Origin: Gracilinanus agilis
Taxonomy: Eukaryota
DNA length: 64,000 nucleotides
Direction of reading: 5' to 3'
Assembly: GCF_016433145.1 (NCBI RefSeq)
Contig: NC_058135.1
Location: forward strand, 275,136,214-275,200,213
In this document: in pieces, positions 49,641 through 62,133 of the stretch
Layout of the letters: every line of letters starts with the position of its first letter
Position numbering within the stretch: the stretch's first letter is position 1
The notes under the pieces: generated by a model
What the model saw: the letters and a program-made list of their open reading frames with translations, nothing else
Databases searched by the model: none
What the model was told of the DNA's origin: nothing
Translations under genes and position numbers: made by a program

Positions 49641-50612
49641 ATGGATGAGGAGGAAAATTGTACTTCAGTTACTGAATTTATGCTCTTGGGATTTTCAGAT
49701 CATCCAGAACTTCATGTTTTCCTCTTCCTGATATTTCTAGTGATCTATACTATCACAGTTTTGGGCAATCTTGGAATGATTATCCTGATTAAGATCAGCT
49801 CCCGCCTTCATACCCCTATGTATTTTTTTCTCAGCCACTTGTCCTTTGTTGATCTCTGCTATTCCACTATCATTGTTCCTAAAATGTTGGTCAATATATC
49901 AACAGAAAACCAAGTTATTTCTTTTCTGAGTTGCACTATACAATTCTTTTTGTTTTGCACATGTGTAGTCACTGAAGTTATATTGTTGGCAGTGATGGCT
50001 TATGATCGCTTTGTAGCTATTTGCAACCCATTATTGTACATGATTGCTATGTCCCAGAAGCTTTGTGTCCAGTTGGTGTGCGGTTCATATATTTGTGGTA
50101 CAGTGTGTTCTCTTATTCATACATGCTTAGCCCTTAAGATATCTTCTTATAGATCCAATATCATCAATCACTTCTTCTGTGATCTACCCCCACTCTTATC
50201 TCTATCCTGTTCTGATGTCTCCATCAACGAACTGCTGCTTTTCATAGTGGCCAGTTTCAATGAGATCAGCACCATCATGATTATCCTAACTTCTTACATA
50301 TTTATCCTTATCACCATTCTGAGAATCCCTTCTTCTGAAGGCCGGCGCAAAGCCTTTTCTACCTGTGCCTCCCACCTCACAGCCATTGTAGTTTTTCATG
50401 GTACAATTCTTTTTATTTATTGCAGACCAGGATCTGGAAATACCCTAGATTCAGATAAAGTTGCTACTATATTTTATACTGTGGTTATACCAATGCTAAA
50501 TCCTCTTATCTATAGTTTACGGAACAAGGATGTAAAAGATGCCTTCAAGAAAGTGACAGGATCCGAAAAATTGTCTCTGTGTCCAAAATTGGGTGGAATG
50601 AGAGAACATTAA
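49641..50612 (+). CDS. OR5L-like: olfactory receptor OR5L-like (323 aa)
   Basis: [49 protein letters not shown] and IYCRP.SGN..D.DKVAT match recalled OR5L1/OR5L2. Acceptor CTACTAG at 49568. Confidence 0.94.
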   Translation: MDEEENCTSVTEFMLLGFSDHPELHVFLFLIFLVIYTITVLGNLGMIILIKISSRLHTPMYFFLSHLSFVDLCYSTIIVPKMLVNISTENQVISFLSCTIQFFLFCTCVVTEVILLAVMAYDRFVAICNPLLYMIAMSQKLCVQLVCGSYICGTVCSLIHTCLALKISSYRSNIINHFFCDLPPLLSLSCSDVSINELLLFIVASFNEISTIMIILTSYIFILITILRIPSSEGRRKAFSTCASHLTAIVVFHGTILFIYCRPGSGNTLDSDKVATIFYTVVIPMLNPLIYSLRNKDVKDAFKKVTGSEKLSLCPKLGGMREH

Positions 50613-51699
50613 TATCTATATCAATGTCAATGAACAGTTTTAGCTTACCTATCAATGAGCTTTCCTTGTGCAATCTCATACTGAGTTATCTTTTATATGT
50701 TCCTATTAATATTAAATTTAAAGATGAGGAAAATAAAACATCATTGTGGAATTCTAGATAAAATACCAGACTTGTTCCCACAATGTCTGTATTCTAATTC
50801 TTCTTTGTATCCTTACTAGCTGTGTTATTCTGATCAAGATACTTAACATCTCTCCCTAGATTTTCCTTATTTTTAACATGGGGGTAATAACTGTTGGTCT
50901 GGCTTCAAGTCAACAAATTTTAAATAACATGTTTGTTAAGAAATTTAAAAATTCAGTGTCTACTGTCATCATATTTATTTATCCTTTTCTTTCCCCACTT
51001 CCTCCTTATGGTTAACAATGATATAAATAGATATCATCTATTAATGTTACATGAATAGATTTATCAGTTAGTCCCTTCATTACTGTATATTAATTTATTT
51101 CTCCCTATTTAGTTGTTTAATGGAAAGTTAGATATACTGATTTAATAGTTAATATATAATTTGATATGTTGAACCTAATCCCTGCTGGGTACATGAGGAA
51201 TCAAGTATAATAATAGAGGTTGTAGTATTATTTGTTTTGTCTATATGTTTCCTTATGCCAAAATTTGGGGCTGTAATAACTGATATAAAAGAAAACAAAT
51301 AACAAGGAAAGAATAAATTCTATAATTGGTGCTTTGCATTTCAAGTCCTGAATGCATTTATATATAGAATATTTTCATCAGTGCAACCCACAATCAGTCT
51401 AGACTTTTAATCAACCCCAAATCATTCTAAAAATAAGAGATCTGCTATTTGTGAATGTCCTGGGAAATAAGGATACAAAGAAAAGAAATGAAGTTATTGT
51501 TAGTCTCAAAAAACTCTTGAATTCTATTAAGAATTCCAAATATTAGCTAAACAATATTTATTAATTGGCAACATTTAGAAATTTGTTTTAACACCTTCAA
51601 TGTATCATGTAAAGATTGCGATTGGCCCTGGGGTTATAAAGATAAATGTGAAAGTGTCCACCTTCTAAATGTTGATATTCTAACATATGATAAAACATG

Positions 51700-53050
51700 T
51701 ACCAATAAGATATATGGTAACGTTGGAGTGGGAAACATTAGCATCCAGAAGGAGGAAGATCATGAAAGACCTTTGCAGGAGGTGATACTCGAACCAATCC
51801 TTGATGTAAAACAAATTCCACTGTGCAGAAGTGAGGAAAGAGAATTTTCTAGCCATGAGAGCTAGTGAGTGGGAAAATATTGAGTTGAAATATCTAAGAA
51901 AAAAAAAAGTAGATCAAAATAACTTGATCTTAGAATACTTTGAGGTAAACTGTATGTGAGAAATGGGAAAGTTAGGAAAAATATAAAAATGTAATGAATA
52001 ATACATATATGCAGGATAAATACCAAATACTTATTCATTCTATTAAATATTGGAAAGTCAGGGGAAGTGATTAATAGTCATTGGAGAATAAGGGGGAAAG
52101 CTAAGGGTTGAAGATTTAGCTTGAACTATATCTTGAAGGAAGTAAAAAAAATGTCAGATATAGAGATGGGGAAGGGATTTCATGACAGGATGGAAGGGTG
52201 TTCATTCACTACAAAAGCACAAAGACAGGAAGTGAAATTTAATGAGTGAAGAATTGAGACAAAACTACTTTAGATGACCCACAGCATTTGAGGTGGGGAG
52301 TATTTTATATAAAACTAGAAAAACAGATTGGGACTTCCTTCTGGCAATTAAAATGTATCCACTGAATGTCTACTATTCATTAGGGACTATTCTTGACCCT
52401 GAGTATACAAATTCAATAAATATAGCAACATACATAGAGCTTGAAGAGTTTTAGAAAACATTTTTATATGTTAGTCTAGAAGAATTAGGTAATCACTATA
52501 GTTTAGTGAATAGCTAATTTTGATCAAATGTGTAATTAAAAAATCAACTTGGAAGCTCATTGGAGAATGGATTGAAGACAAATATAATTGAGACAGAAAA
52601 ACCAATTAGAGGGCTATTGAAATAGTCTAGGACAGAGATTCTGAGTGAATTTAGTAAGATGTGAACTCCAAGAGCAAGGTGAGGTGCATAAATATGGGTA
52701 AACTGTATAATGGATGAAAATCAAGAACTCAGCAACTCATTGATTATGTGAGGTGAGGAAGAGTAAGCAGATGAAATCAATGCTAAGGTGATTAAGCTCT
52801 TTAAATGAATAGTAATACCTGCCAAAGAATTAGGGGAATTCAGGTGGAGACATGGGGAGAGAGATAAAGAGTTCTCTTTGAAATAGGAACTTTGAAATTT
52901 GAACTTGAAATATTCAGTGTGAAATGTCTAAAAAATGAATGATGATTTGAGATAGAGACTTGGAGAAGAGAGTAGGATAGGAATTATCCTGAAGGCATCA
53001 GCATTGAAATAATTAGGAAATTTATGGGAGTCAATGAGTTCATCTAATAC
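51700..53050 (-). mobile_element. old L2-type fragments
   Basis: Purine-rich GAAGGA/GGAGAATGGATTG...GAGGGCTATTGAAATAGTCTAGG, typical of L2 read antisense. Boundaries approximate. Confidence 0.45.
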
Positions 53051-54204
53051 AATTTTCAAATGTCTTTCATAGATTGTGTATATAATGTTCTAGAGGCCTG
53101 GTTTAAATATGGTTTATATGTTATTGTAATGTTGGTTGGTCTATCAATTAATTATTATAGCTCTTTTGGAAAGCATTTTGAAATTAGAATCTCCAAATGA
53201 TTAAATCTAAAACTCTTTGTCATATCAGACATGTTGAAATTTCTTGTTTAAATCCATTGAATTAAATTATGATCCAACCACATTTTCATACTGGTAACCT
53301 ATTTTTTGTATTTCCTAAAGGTGGCATATGAAGAGATTATGATTTTATTGATTAACTTAATCACAGAGTGACTAGGTGCTTGCCAAACCTTCAAAAGAGC
53401 TTGTCATTTGTAATGCCTAGATGGGTCTCTCTCATGTTTCTGAAAATCATGAAGAACAAATTACGTCATAAATATTATTCATTCTTTTTAAGGATATGCC
53501 ATTTTCCCATGTGGCTGATTCTTTGGGGACCTAGCAATCAGAAGTATATAGGTTTGGGAGCACACTGAGTAATCTTATCAAGGAAGTGTGTTTAAGAAGA
53601 CCAAGAGTCACATATAAAAAGTTCCAAATTTTCCTTAGAAACTATAGATTTACTTTGGGATGTGGGAAATAGTGCCCTTGATTAAAGGAAATTCATCGTA
53701 GCCCAAGAAAATTCACATTTCCCACTGAAGACTCATCCATCTAATAAAACCTACACTTTACAAAGAAAGCAGGTAAACAGAAAGGTGGTAACTTGGTAAG
53801 TACTCTGGATTTGGGAGAACTCCTAAAACAAGCCATGAAAATCTTCTTTTTTAAAAAATAAGTTTGAGGCACCTCCATTTATTATATAATGGCTCTTTCC
53901 TATATTTTAATTTAAAATTCATTTCTTTGAATTTGCATGCACTCTGAGCATAACTTGATTAATTATATAACTGTCTAGAAGAGAAAGATAAAGCCATTTA
54001 TGAGATCTAACCATAGGAAATGCCTTTAAGTTGTCAATATGGATTTTTGGATGACTCAGTTTACCTTTACTTCTGAGACATCCCAGTGCCAACTACCCTG
54101 ATTTTTATTTGAATGTTAAGCAAATATTTGCTTTGAAAGGCTTCTCTATTGGATAAAAGTTTCCTCTCAGGACAAATGATATAAATAACATGCAAATGAC
54201 TTGA

Positions 54205-54372
54205 CCCAGGCTCGGTGGTATATGAATATAATACTTGCTATCTGTAGAGGCTGAGGTTAGTGAATTTCTTGTGCTCAGAAGTTCTGAGTTTCAAAAGGGC
54301 TAAAGATGATCAATAAGACATATCCAATAGCAATGTGATACTATTGTCAGGTTGTTGTAGGAGAGAGAGCCA
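54205..54372 (+). pseudogene. 7SL RNA-derived copy (5' part), degenerate
   Basis: CAGGCTCGGTGG...GAGGCTGAGG...TTCTTGTGCTCAGAAGTTCTGAG aligns to the 7SL Alu domain. Confidence 0.6.
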
Positions 54373-54627
54373 CTTTTTTAATAAGGGCAAAATGATAAAT
54401 GCTTTGCTAGAGAACAATTTATCTAACAATGAAATTGAGAGCTTTAGTTTATAACTGCAATATATATGAAAAGTATTACATGATAAGAATCTAATACTTA
54501 AGGTGAAGAGTGCCCAAGGTTAGAGAATAGGTATTCTCACTACGCCATGCATTGCATGTAGACCATCTGTAGGAGAATATGCTGAGTTCTGAATGCTATA
54601 TTTAGGAAGGATCTAAATCTAAAGAAT

Positions 54628-54930
54628 GGGGCTGGTCCATGGCTACACACATCTGGACTCCCTATTACTAAGACCAATAGATTGCTTGAGGTCAGGAGTT
54701 TGGAGCTGTAGTAGATTTCAGTTAATGGGATTTCTTCACTAATTTTGGTACTTTTATTTTAAATTCCCAGGAGTTGAGAATCAAAAGGTTCTTTATGGAA
54801 GAGCAAACTGGCCAAGGTCTGTAGCAGAGCAGATCAAAGCTTCCAAGTTGATTGTTAGTAGGGATAGGTCCCTGTGCAACTACTGTAATTTCAATTTGGG
54901 AGTACTGAGATTGCAATTGGGAGACCTAGA
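54628..54930 (+). pseudogene. near full-length 7SL RNA retrocopy (P7SL-type)
   Basis: GATTGCTTGAGGTCAGGAGTTTGGAGCTGTAGT...ACTGGCCAAGGTC...GAGCAGATCAAAGCTTCC...GTAGGGAT collinear with 7SL, including the S domain. Confidence 0.75.
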
Positions 54931-56561
54931 TTATAATAACAATGATTTTAAAAGCATAAGGTGATATATCAAACATAAAGAAAAAACCAAACAACTTACC
55001 TTTCCTGAACTATACCATTCATAATCTCTCTTAGCTATAGCAAAATTAAGAAATCTAAAGGGAGCAAAAAAGTTGTTTGTTACTTTTCAACAAAGTCAAA
55101 GTGACAAAAGTAAATACACTAGGTATGTATTATGAGTGTTGCCCATATGAGAATACCTTATGTCCTCCATTAGGAGATTATTTACTCTTGTTTTAAACCT
55201 TACTCTGAGAAATTGGGCAATTTGTTTTTCAAATCTTGATAATTATAACAAATTATATATTATTTATATATGCATATAAATTATAATGTTTAGAAATGAA
55301 TAATCATAGGCAGATTGTCAAAATGGTGATTGTTTCCGCCTGAAAAGTGGAAGAGAGAGAAAACATAATAGGTACAGACTCAAAAATCATAGTAAAGTCA
55401 TCAAACATTTATTAAGCGTTTTTTTTTTAATGTACCAGGATGAGTGCTAAGGTAAAGGGTTACAAAGAAAGGGAGGAGAAAGGAGTAGGAGAGGGAAGAT
55501 GCAAAGAGGGAAAGTTCCTAAGAAGCTCATAGTCTAAGAGAGAAAATTCAGACAACTGAACCAACAAAATATATACATGATTGTATACAATCGCATGGGA
55601 GAAGGAATCATCATTGAGGGAGATTTAAAAAAAAAAAGATTTCTTGCAGAAAATGTAATTTAAGCAGAGACCTGATGGCAAGTATGGAAGGCAGGAGATG
55701 GAGATGATGAGGAAGAGAATTAAAGGATTGGAGGATAGCAAGTGAAATTACAAAGATTCTGGAGTTGGAGTATCTTATGGAAGGAAGAGCAAAGAGGTCA
55801 GTGTCACTGGTTCACAAAGCAGGTAGAATTGAATAAGGTGTAAGCTGCCTGGAAATGAAGAAAAGGTCTCTATAATGAAAGTCTTTAAACACAAAAATCA
55901 TATCTGATCCTAAATGTAATAAGAAACCACTGGAATGTCTTGAATAGGAGTGGTGATATCAATTTAACAGCTAAGTAAATGATAGTTAGGAGTGGGGAGA
56001 AACTTGAATCACAGAGATGAACCAACAGAACATTGTTATAGTCTGGAAATAAAAATGAATGCTTGCATCAAATTACGCAGTGAAATGTGGATACTGAGGA
56101 TAATAATATAAGGAATGAAATAATCCTTATTGAAGGAAATTTCAGTCTAAAATAAGCACCGATATATGTGACAACCATAATCCTGAACAAATCATTTTGA
56201 CTCACTGAAATTCTGATTAATCAATTAAAAATATCGAAGCTGTACTGGATATCTAAGATAACTTCTAAATCTCAGATTATAACAAATGTCAAACCCTATC
56301 ATTTCTGCTTTGATGATGTATCTCATTTAAGTCATCTTTTCTATACTCACACAGCCATCACTCTAGTTTAGGCTTTTCATATCTCATGGCTGGACCACTG
56401 CAATACGCTATTAATTGGTCCCCCAAATTTAGTCTTTCCTGACTTTAAGAAATGTTCTACTTGGCTGCCATGGTGATTTTATTAGAATATAAATATGTCC
56501 ATGTCATCATTCCCTGCTCTTTTCCACCCAAGAAATTTTAGTGATTCTCTATTACCTAAAG

Positions 56562-56755
56562 CAGTGATGGGCAAACTATAACCTGCAGGCCAGATGTGGC
56601 CCTCTGAAATGTTCTATACAGCCACAGACATTATTCCTAATCTGATGAATACAATGAGTAGGATACAATAAAATGAAACTTCGGTTGCCTTAGAGACAGA
56701 CAGATGAACATTTCCTTTCCTTTGGCCCCCTCTTTAAAAAATTTGCCCATCACTG
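56562..56755 (+). mobile_element. hAT MITE family A, copy 4
   Basis: CAGTGATGGGCAAA...TTTGCCCATCACTG; TSD ACCTAAAG/ACCTATAG. Confidence 0.93.
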
Positions 56756-57554
56756 ACCTATAGGATCAGATATAAATTTCTTTGTTTGGAACTGAATTCC
56801 CTTAATGCCCTGATCCTTCCCTACATTCAAACCTCCACAGGAATAATCTTCCACTAATTCCTCTAGCATTTGTTTATAAATGAAATGGTACTGACCTAGA
56901 ACAAATACAGAATTTATTTAGGATTTGATAACAGATTAACAAATTTCTCAAAGTAATGTTTAAAAGAATTTGTGAGGACAATGGTGTGTGTTTGAGAATC
57001 CTACTGCACAGTATGGATCCATTCCAGTATGAAGGAGAGTGAAAACAATATAATTGTCTTCAATGTGGTATTGTAGTATTAAAAACAAAATTGTTAAGCC
57101 CTAAGAAAAATGTTTCATTTATTCAATGATTTTTGAAGATTTACAAAATTATCTTTCTATTTTGAGTGTGGATATTAAACTCATTTCATTACTGCATATA
57201 ATTTCTTTAAAATATTATATTAATTTTCTTATATAATTTAAATTCTATCTCTCAAAGAGAACATCATGTGAATTCAGATTCATTTCTTTTCCTCACTTTG
57301 ACAAGTCAGAAAACATTTCTTGACAATAATTTTGTCAAATGACAAACATTTATTAAAGACTATAATGTACCAGGTATTACTTTAAGTGTTTGAGATAGAT
57401 GGGAAGAAAGACACAGAACAGTTCCAGCTATTAATGAACTCACATGTACCAAAGGAATGTACAACTTGCAAATTATGTATGAACAAGTTATATAGAGGAA
57501 AATGGGAGACTATAAACAAGTTGAGAATAAAGACACTTAAAAATATCAATAAAA

Positions 57555-57740
57555 GGGGTAGCTGGGTAGCTCAGTGGATTGAGAGTCAGGCCTAGAAATG
57601 GGAGGTCCTAGGTTCAAATCTGGCCTCAGACACTTCCCAGCTGTGTGAGCCTGGGCAAGTCACTTGACCCACATTGCCCACCCTTAACATTCTTCTACTT
57701 AGGAGCCAATACACAGAAGTTAAGGATTTAAAAATGTAAA
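57555..57740 (+). mobile_element. SINE1_Mdo-type SINE
   Basis: GGGGTAGCTGGGTAGCTCAGTGGATTGAGAG...; TSD AAAAATATCAATAAAA. Confidence 0.9.
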
Positions 57741-58445
57741 AAAATATCAATAAAAAAGGCAACATATACTCTGGAATTTTTTATTTTGTTACCATTTTGA
57801 ATTTCCTTCATTAGGCAATTGAGATGGGTTTACATACCAGTTTTAAGCAATTACTATCCTAAATACATCTGAGTAACTAGTAAAACACTCAAATCAGAAA
57901 ATAGCATTTAGTTTTGGGATTCATCATATTGGATGTTAGATACTTTATCTCTTTAATTATATGGAAACTATTTTTAGAAGTATGAGGGAAAGAAGAGGAG
58001 TTGCTACAATCTCCATAGATAGGTTACATTTCTATACATTCCTAGATTTGAGGAAAGGCAAGAATTGTGACTAAAAATCTATTCTGGAATTACTGGTTAA
58101 AGGGCACCCAGATGGATATAAACCCATATTCCCTATCATTCCTCTACCCATTTTCACCATCAAATATTCTAAATTAATGATATCAAACTCAAATTCAAAT
58201 GGAGAGGTATTAAAAAATGTATACAGATTTCTCTAGGTAACCTGTTGACTTAGAAAACTGTATAACTAGATTGTATTGTATTTTTATTTTTCTTGTTAAA
58301 TATTTCCCAATTACATTTAATCTGATTCTGGCAAGATTAGGGAATGTTGTACCTCTGGGACTGTGTATTGGATACCTCTGTTCTGAATCATTAACATAAC
58401 CATTTTTCTTCTTACACAGACAAGAAATCACAGATAACTACAGAT

Positions 58446-59381
58446 ATGGATAAAGACAATAGTAGTGTGGAGACCAGTTTTTTTCTCCTGGGTTTCAGAG
58501 ATCACCCAAAGCTTCAAGTTTTACTGTTTTTGATATTCTTTTTCATCTACATCATGACCTTGTTGGGAAACCTTGGAATGATTACATTGATCACAACTAG
58601 TTCACACCTACACACTCCTATGTATTTTTTCCTTGGGGTTTTATCATTCATAGATGCTTGTTACTCTTCAGTCATAGCTCCAAAGTTGCTGGCGGACTTA
58701 TTCTCAGAGAGGAAAACTATTTCTTATAACGGATGTGCAACACAATTATATTTCTTTTGTTCTTTGGTAGATACAGAATCTTTTCTCTTGGCTGCCATGG
58801 CTTATGACCGGTATGTTGCAATCTGTAACCCATTGCTCTATACAGTAATAATGTCCAAGAGAGTTTGCTGCCAACTAGTTTTTGGAGCATTTTTGGGTGG
58901 AACTATGAGCTCTATTATTCACACAACAAACACATTCAATCTGTCTTTTTGTTCTAAAGAAATTAATCATTTCTTTTGTGATATTTCACCTCTTTTCTCC
59001 CTGTCTTGTTTCGACACTTACATCCATGATATTGTTCTGGTAGTCTTTGCAAGTCTTGTTGAAGCCATCTGTCTTCTGACTGTCCTCCTTTCATATGCCT
59101 ACATCATAGTCACCATCCTCAAGACTGGTTCTGCTGAGGGAAGAAAGAAAGGGTTTTCTACTTGTGCCTCCCACCTGACAGTAGTTACCATCTATCATGG
59201 GACTCTGATCTTTATTTATTTACGTCCAAGCACAGATCATTCTCTAGATATTGACAAAGTCACTTCAGTCTTCTATACACTTATCATCCCCATGTTGAAT
59301 CCAATCATATATAGCCTAAGGAATAATGATGTTAAGAATGCATTAAGAAAGATAATCCACCAAAAAATACTTTCTCATTGA
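58446..59381 (+). CDS. class II olfactory receptor (311 aa), probably OR9M-type by recalled similarity and synteny
   Basis: NSS site; [42 protein letters not shown] and [12 protein letters not shown], with all four ECL2/TM3 cysteines. Acceptor TTACACAG at 58419. The subfamily call is an inference. Confidence 0.92.
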   Translation: MDKDNSSVETSFFLLGFRDHPKLQVLLFLIFFFIYIMTLLGNLGMITLITTSSHLHTPMYFFLGVLSFIDACYSSVIAPKLLADLFSERKTISYNGCATQLYFFCSLVDTESFLLAAMAYDRYVAICNPLLYTVIMSKRVCCQLVFGAFLGGTMSSIIHTTNTFNLSFCSKEINHFFCDISPLFSLSCFDTYIHDIVLVVFASLVEAICLLTVLLSYAYIIVTILKTGSAEGRKKGFSTCASHLTVVTIYHGTLIFIYLRPSTDHSLDIDKVTSVFYTLIIPMLNPIIYSLRNNDVKNALRKIIHQKILSH

Positions 59382-60079
59382 GTATCTTAAAAGTATATGG
59401 CATATTATAGACCAGTCACCTGAAGGTTGGAAACTGAAGCAATGGAATTCTTCTTTTATTATTATTTTTAACTGTCATTTTGGAGCTCTTTTCACAAACA
59501 ATAAAGACAAGACACATACTGTAATCAGAACAGGTAGATTTCATTCCATTTAATTTTATACTCTTTGTATTAAAGCAGAAGTGCTTAAGAGATAAAGCCC
59601 CATGGCCTCAGCACTTGGATATCATCAAATGCCATTAAGAAAAATTAAAAGTAAAATAATTTGGAAAAGGGACTATTTCATTTTTGTCTTTCATTCCTCA
59701 AAGTCTAGCATAGTTCCTGACAGATAATTAACGTGTAACAGATTTTAGTTTCCTTGTATTGTATTATATTTAATTGAATTAAATTGATTTGAATAGAATA
59801 TTCCTATCTGTTATTGTTTTCTTTTTTCCTCTTAAACCAGCTTTCTTCTCCTTCTTTTTCCTCTTAAGAACCTATAAGATCCAGAGAATGAACTGAGAAG
59901 TGGAAATTCAAAAGAAATAATCTTATTATACTGAATGATATCTTCTATAGTGTAATGACAGGAAAAAAGGGGCTAAATAAAAAATCCTAAAATTACTAAG
60001 CTACATAAGCAACCTTCTTTGCACCCTAATAATGAGTTTAAAGTGGTTTTCCTTTTTTCCAATTGTTCTCCATCTACAC

Positions 60080-60272
60080 CAGTGGTTCCCAAACTTTTTT
60101 GGCCTACCGCACCCTTTCCAGAAAAAATATTACTTAGCGCCCCTTGGAAATTATGAAACTATTTATTGAACTCAGAATAGAATGTAATACAAAAAAAGTG
60201 TGGCCATCACCGCCTCCCTGAATCGCTGCAGCACCCACCAGGGGGTGGTAGCTCCCACTTTGGGAATCACTG
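60080..60272. mobile_element. hAT (Charlie-type) MITE, family B
   Basis: TIR CAGTGGTTCCCAAA...TTTGGGAATCACTG; TSD ATCTACAC/ATCTAAAC. Confidence 0.9.
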
Positions 60273-60323
60273 ATCTAAACATTTGGATAAAACATGTTTT
60301 CACTGTCCCTATTAAAATGATAT

Positions 60324-61130
60324 TGTTAAGGGAGAAACCAGGGGAAAGGTGCCTTAAACAGTAAACAGGTGGGTGTGTGGGAGACAGGAATGACAGGAAG
60401 GGGCCCAACAAGTAGGGAGACTGGATTATAATGGCTGTTTGGATGTCTGTAACAGAAATGACTGCTGGCCTCCATCTGCCACCCAGTAACAACAAGACAG
60501 AGCCTATGGAAGCTGACAAGTAAAGGCAAGATTTTAACAACACCTTTTAATCAGGGACAAACTAAGGTATGATGGGAATTGGGATTCTACACTTACAAGC
60601 TAAGGGCAAACGACAGACACAGGGGAAGGACTTGACTACACTAAATTAAGACCTAAGCCAGGCAGGGCCCAGAGAATAACAGGACTGGAGTGGGAATCCT
60701 CACAGTATAGTCCAGAGATGTTTTCAGGATGCCAGGAACCAACTCCTCCAGAACTGATGGTCTAAAGCAGCCTAATAGGCAGAGGAGCCTGCAAGCCATC
60801 CACCAGATCACAGATCACTCCCTACTCAGTGCTGTTGTGCAGGATAGATGTCCTCTGCTTCCAACCTTCACCATACTCCAGGATCCCAGGGAATCAGGGT
60901 GCAACTCCACAAACTCTGAGGTCTCCCAGAGAATCAGTGACTGCTTGTAACTCCCACCATGGAGTCCTTCTCAGAGAGTGCCAGCCACTTCCTGCTTCCC
61001 CATTCCATGTGGAATTTTCCAGCTCTTCCTGCTAAGTCCACATTAACTATATATAAACTAATACCTAAATAATCTTCACAACAATATTTATCTCTTAGTC
61101 ATTTAGCATCCAGTTTAAGACACCGTAACA
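60324..61130. mobile_element. probable solo LTR
   Basis: Inverted termini TGTTA...TAACA and a GC-richer interior. No TSD found. Confidence 0.55.
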
Positions 61131-62133
61131 TCTCTAATTCCCTTTATAAAAGATGACTTCTCTGAAACTCGTTAACATCTTTTTCATGTTTCTCTACTAA
61201 ATTTTTCATATATATTATAGTTATTTGTATGCAATCTTGTTTTATATCTTATAATAAACAAGCTCTTTGAACTGAGAAAAAATTTATGCTGGTAATTGAG
61301 AGGCCTACCAACTAGCTCTCTATGTTTTGCTCTTGAGAATGTAGATGAATAGTTCTTAAAAAAAATGAAAGGGTATTAATATCTTCTATGTATAAGATTT
61401 TGATTTGCTCTTGGAGAAAATAAATATATATATTTTTTTATTTTATTAGTTTCATCACAAAGCCATTAATTTATACACATATTTAACTTGGCAATCATTG
61501 TCTATTAAATTAATAATTATTTTATTTTTTCTAATTTTAAATGTATCTTAAGAATGTAAAACATAATTTCCATATTTAAATATATAATCCATTTTTCTCT
61601 ACCTGGAAGATGGAAAATTCTTAGGAAAAAATGATAAAATAATCAATTTCTTAATTATTTAATTTTTCAAACTTGCTACCTAAGTCCTTGGCTATCAAAA
61701 AGTTCAACATTATAAACTGCTATAATGTTTAACATTGGAGATTACATTGAGGAGAAGAGTCATCTGCCTTGCCACTGTACTCTAAAGACTATTAGCCCTT
61801 TCCATCTGACTTGTAACAGACTCTTTTATTATGTATTGCTTTACTTATGTGGGATCTTTGAAAGCAGGGACACTGTCTGACTTTTTTCTATTTCTATCTC
61901 CAGGGTTTAGCAAAATTATTCAAATAAAAGAAATAATAAACATTTCATTCATTCATTCATTCATTCAATCAGAACTTTCTGAGTTGTCTAAAACCATTAG
62001 TTCCCTTTTCATCCTGATTCTTTTTTTGTGGGGGAAAAGGGATTTATTTCCTCTATCTTTTCTATTTACTTAGGATACTAGAATTATAGAGTTATAGGAT
62101 TATTGTTGGAAGAAAGTCTAAATCCCTCCTTAT

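Noticed and set aside
50700-53700. Greek-island-type OR enhancer between the last two genes
   Set aside because: TAAT sites are scattered at AT-rich background level, I found no clear clustered HD+O/E composite, and much of the interval is L2-derived.
60172-61035. Cluster of 67-123 aa ORFs as a novel gene
   Set aside because: They span a MITE and a GC-richer LTR, where stops are rarer, and show no gag, pol or env motifs.
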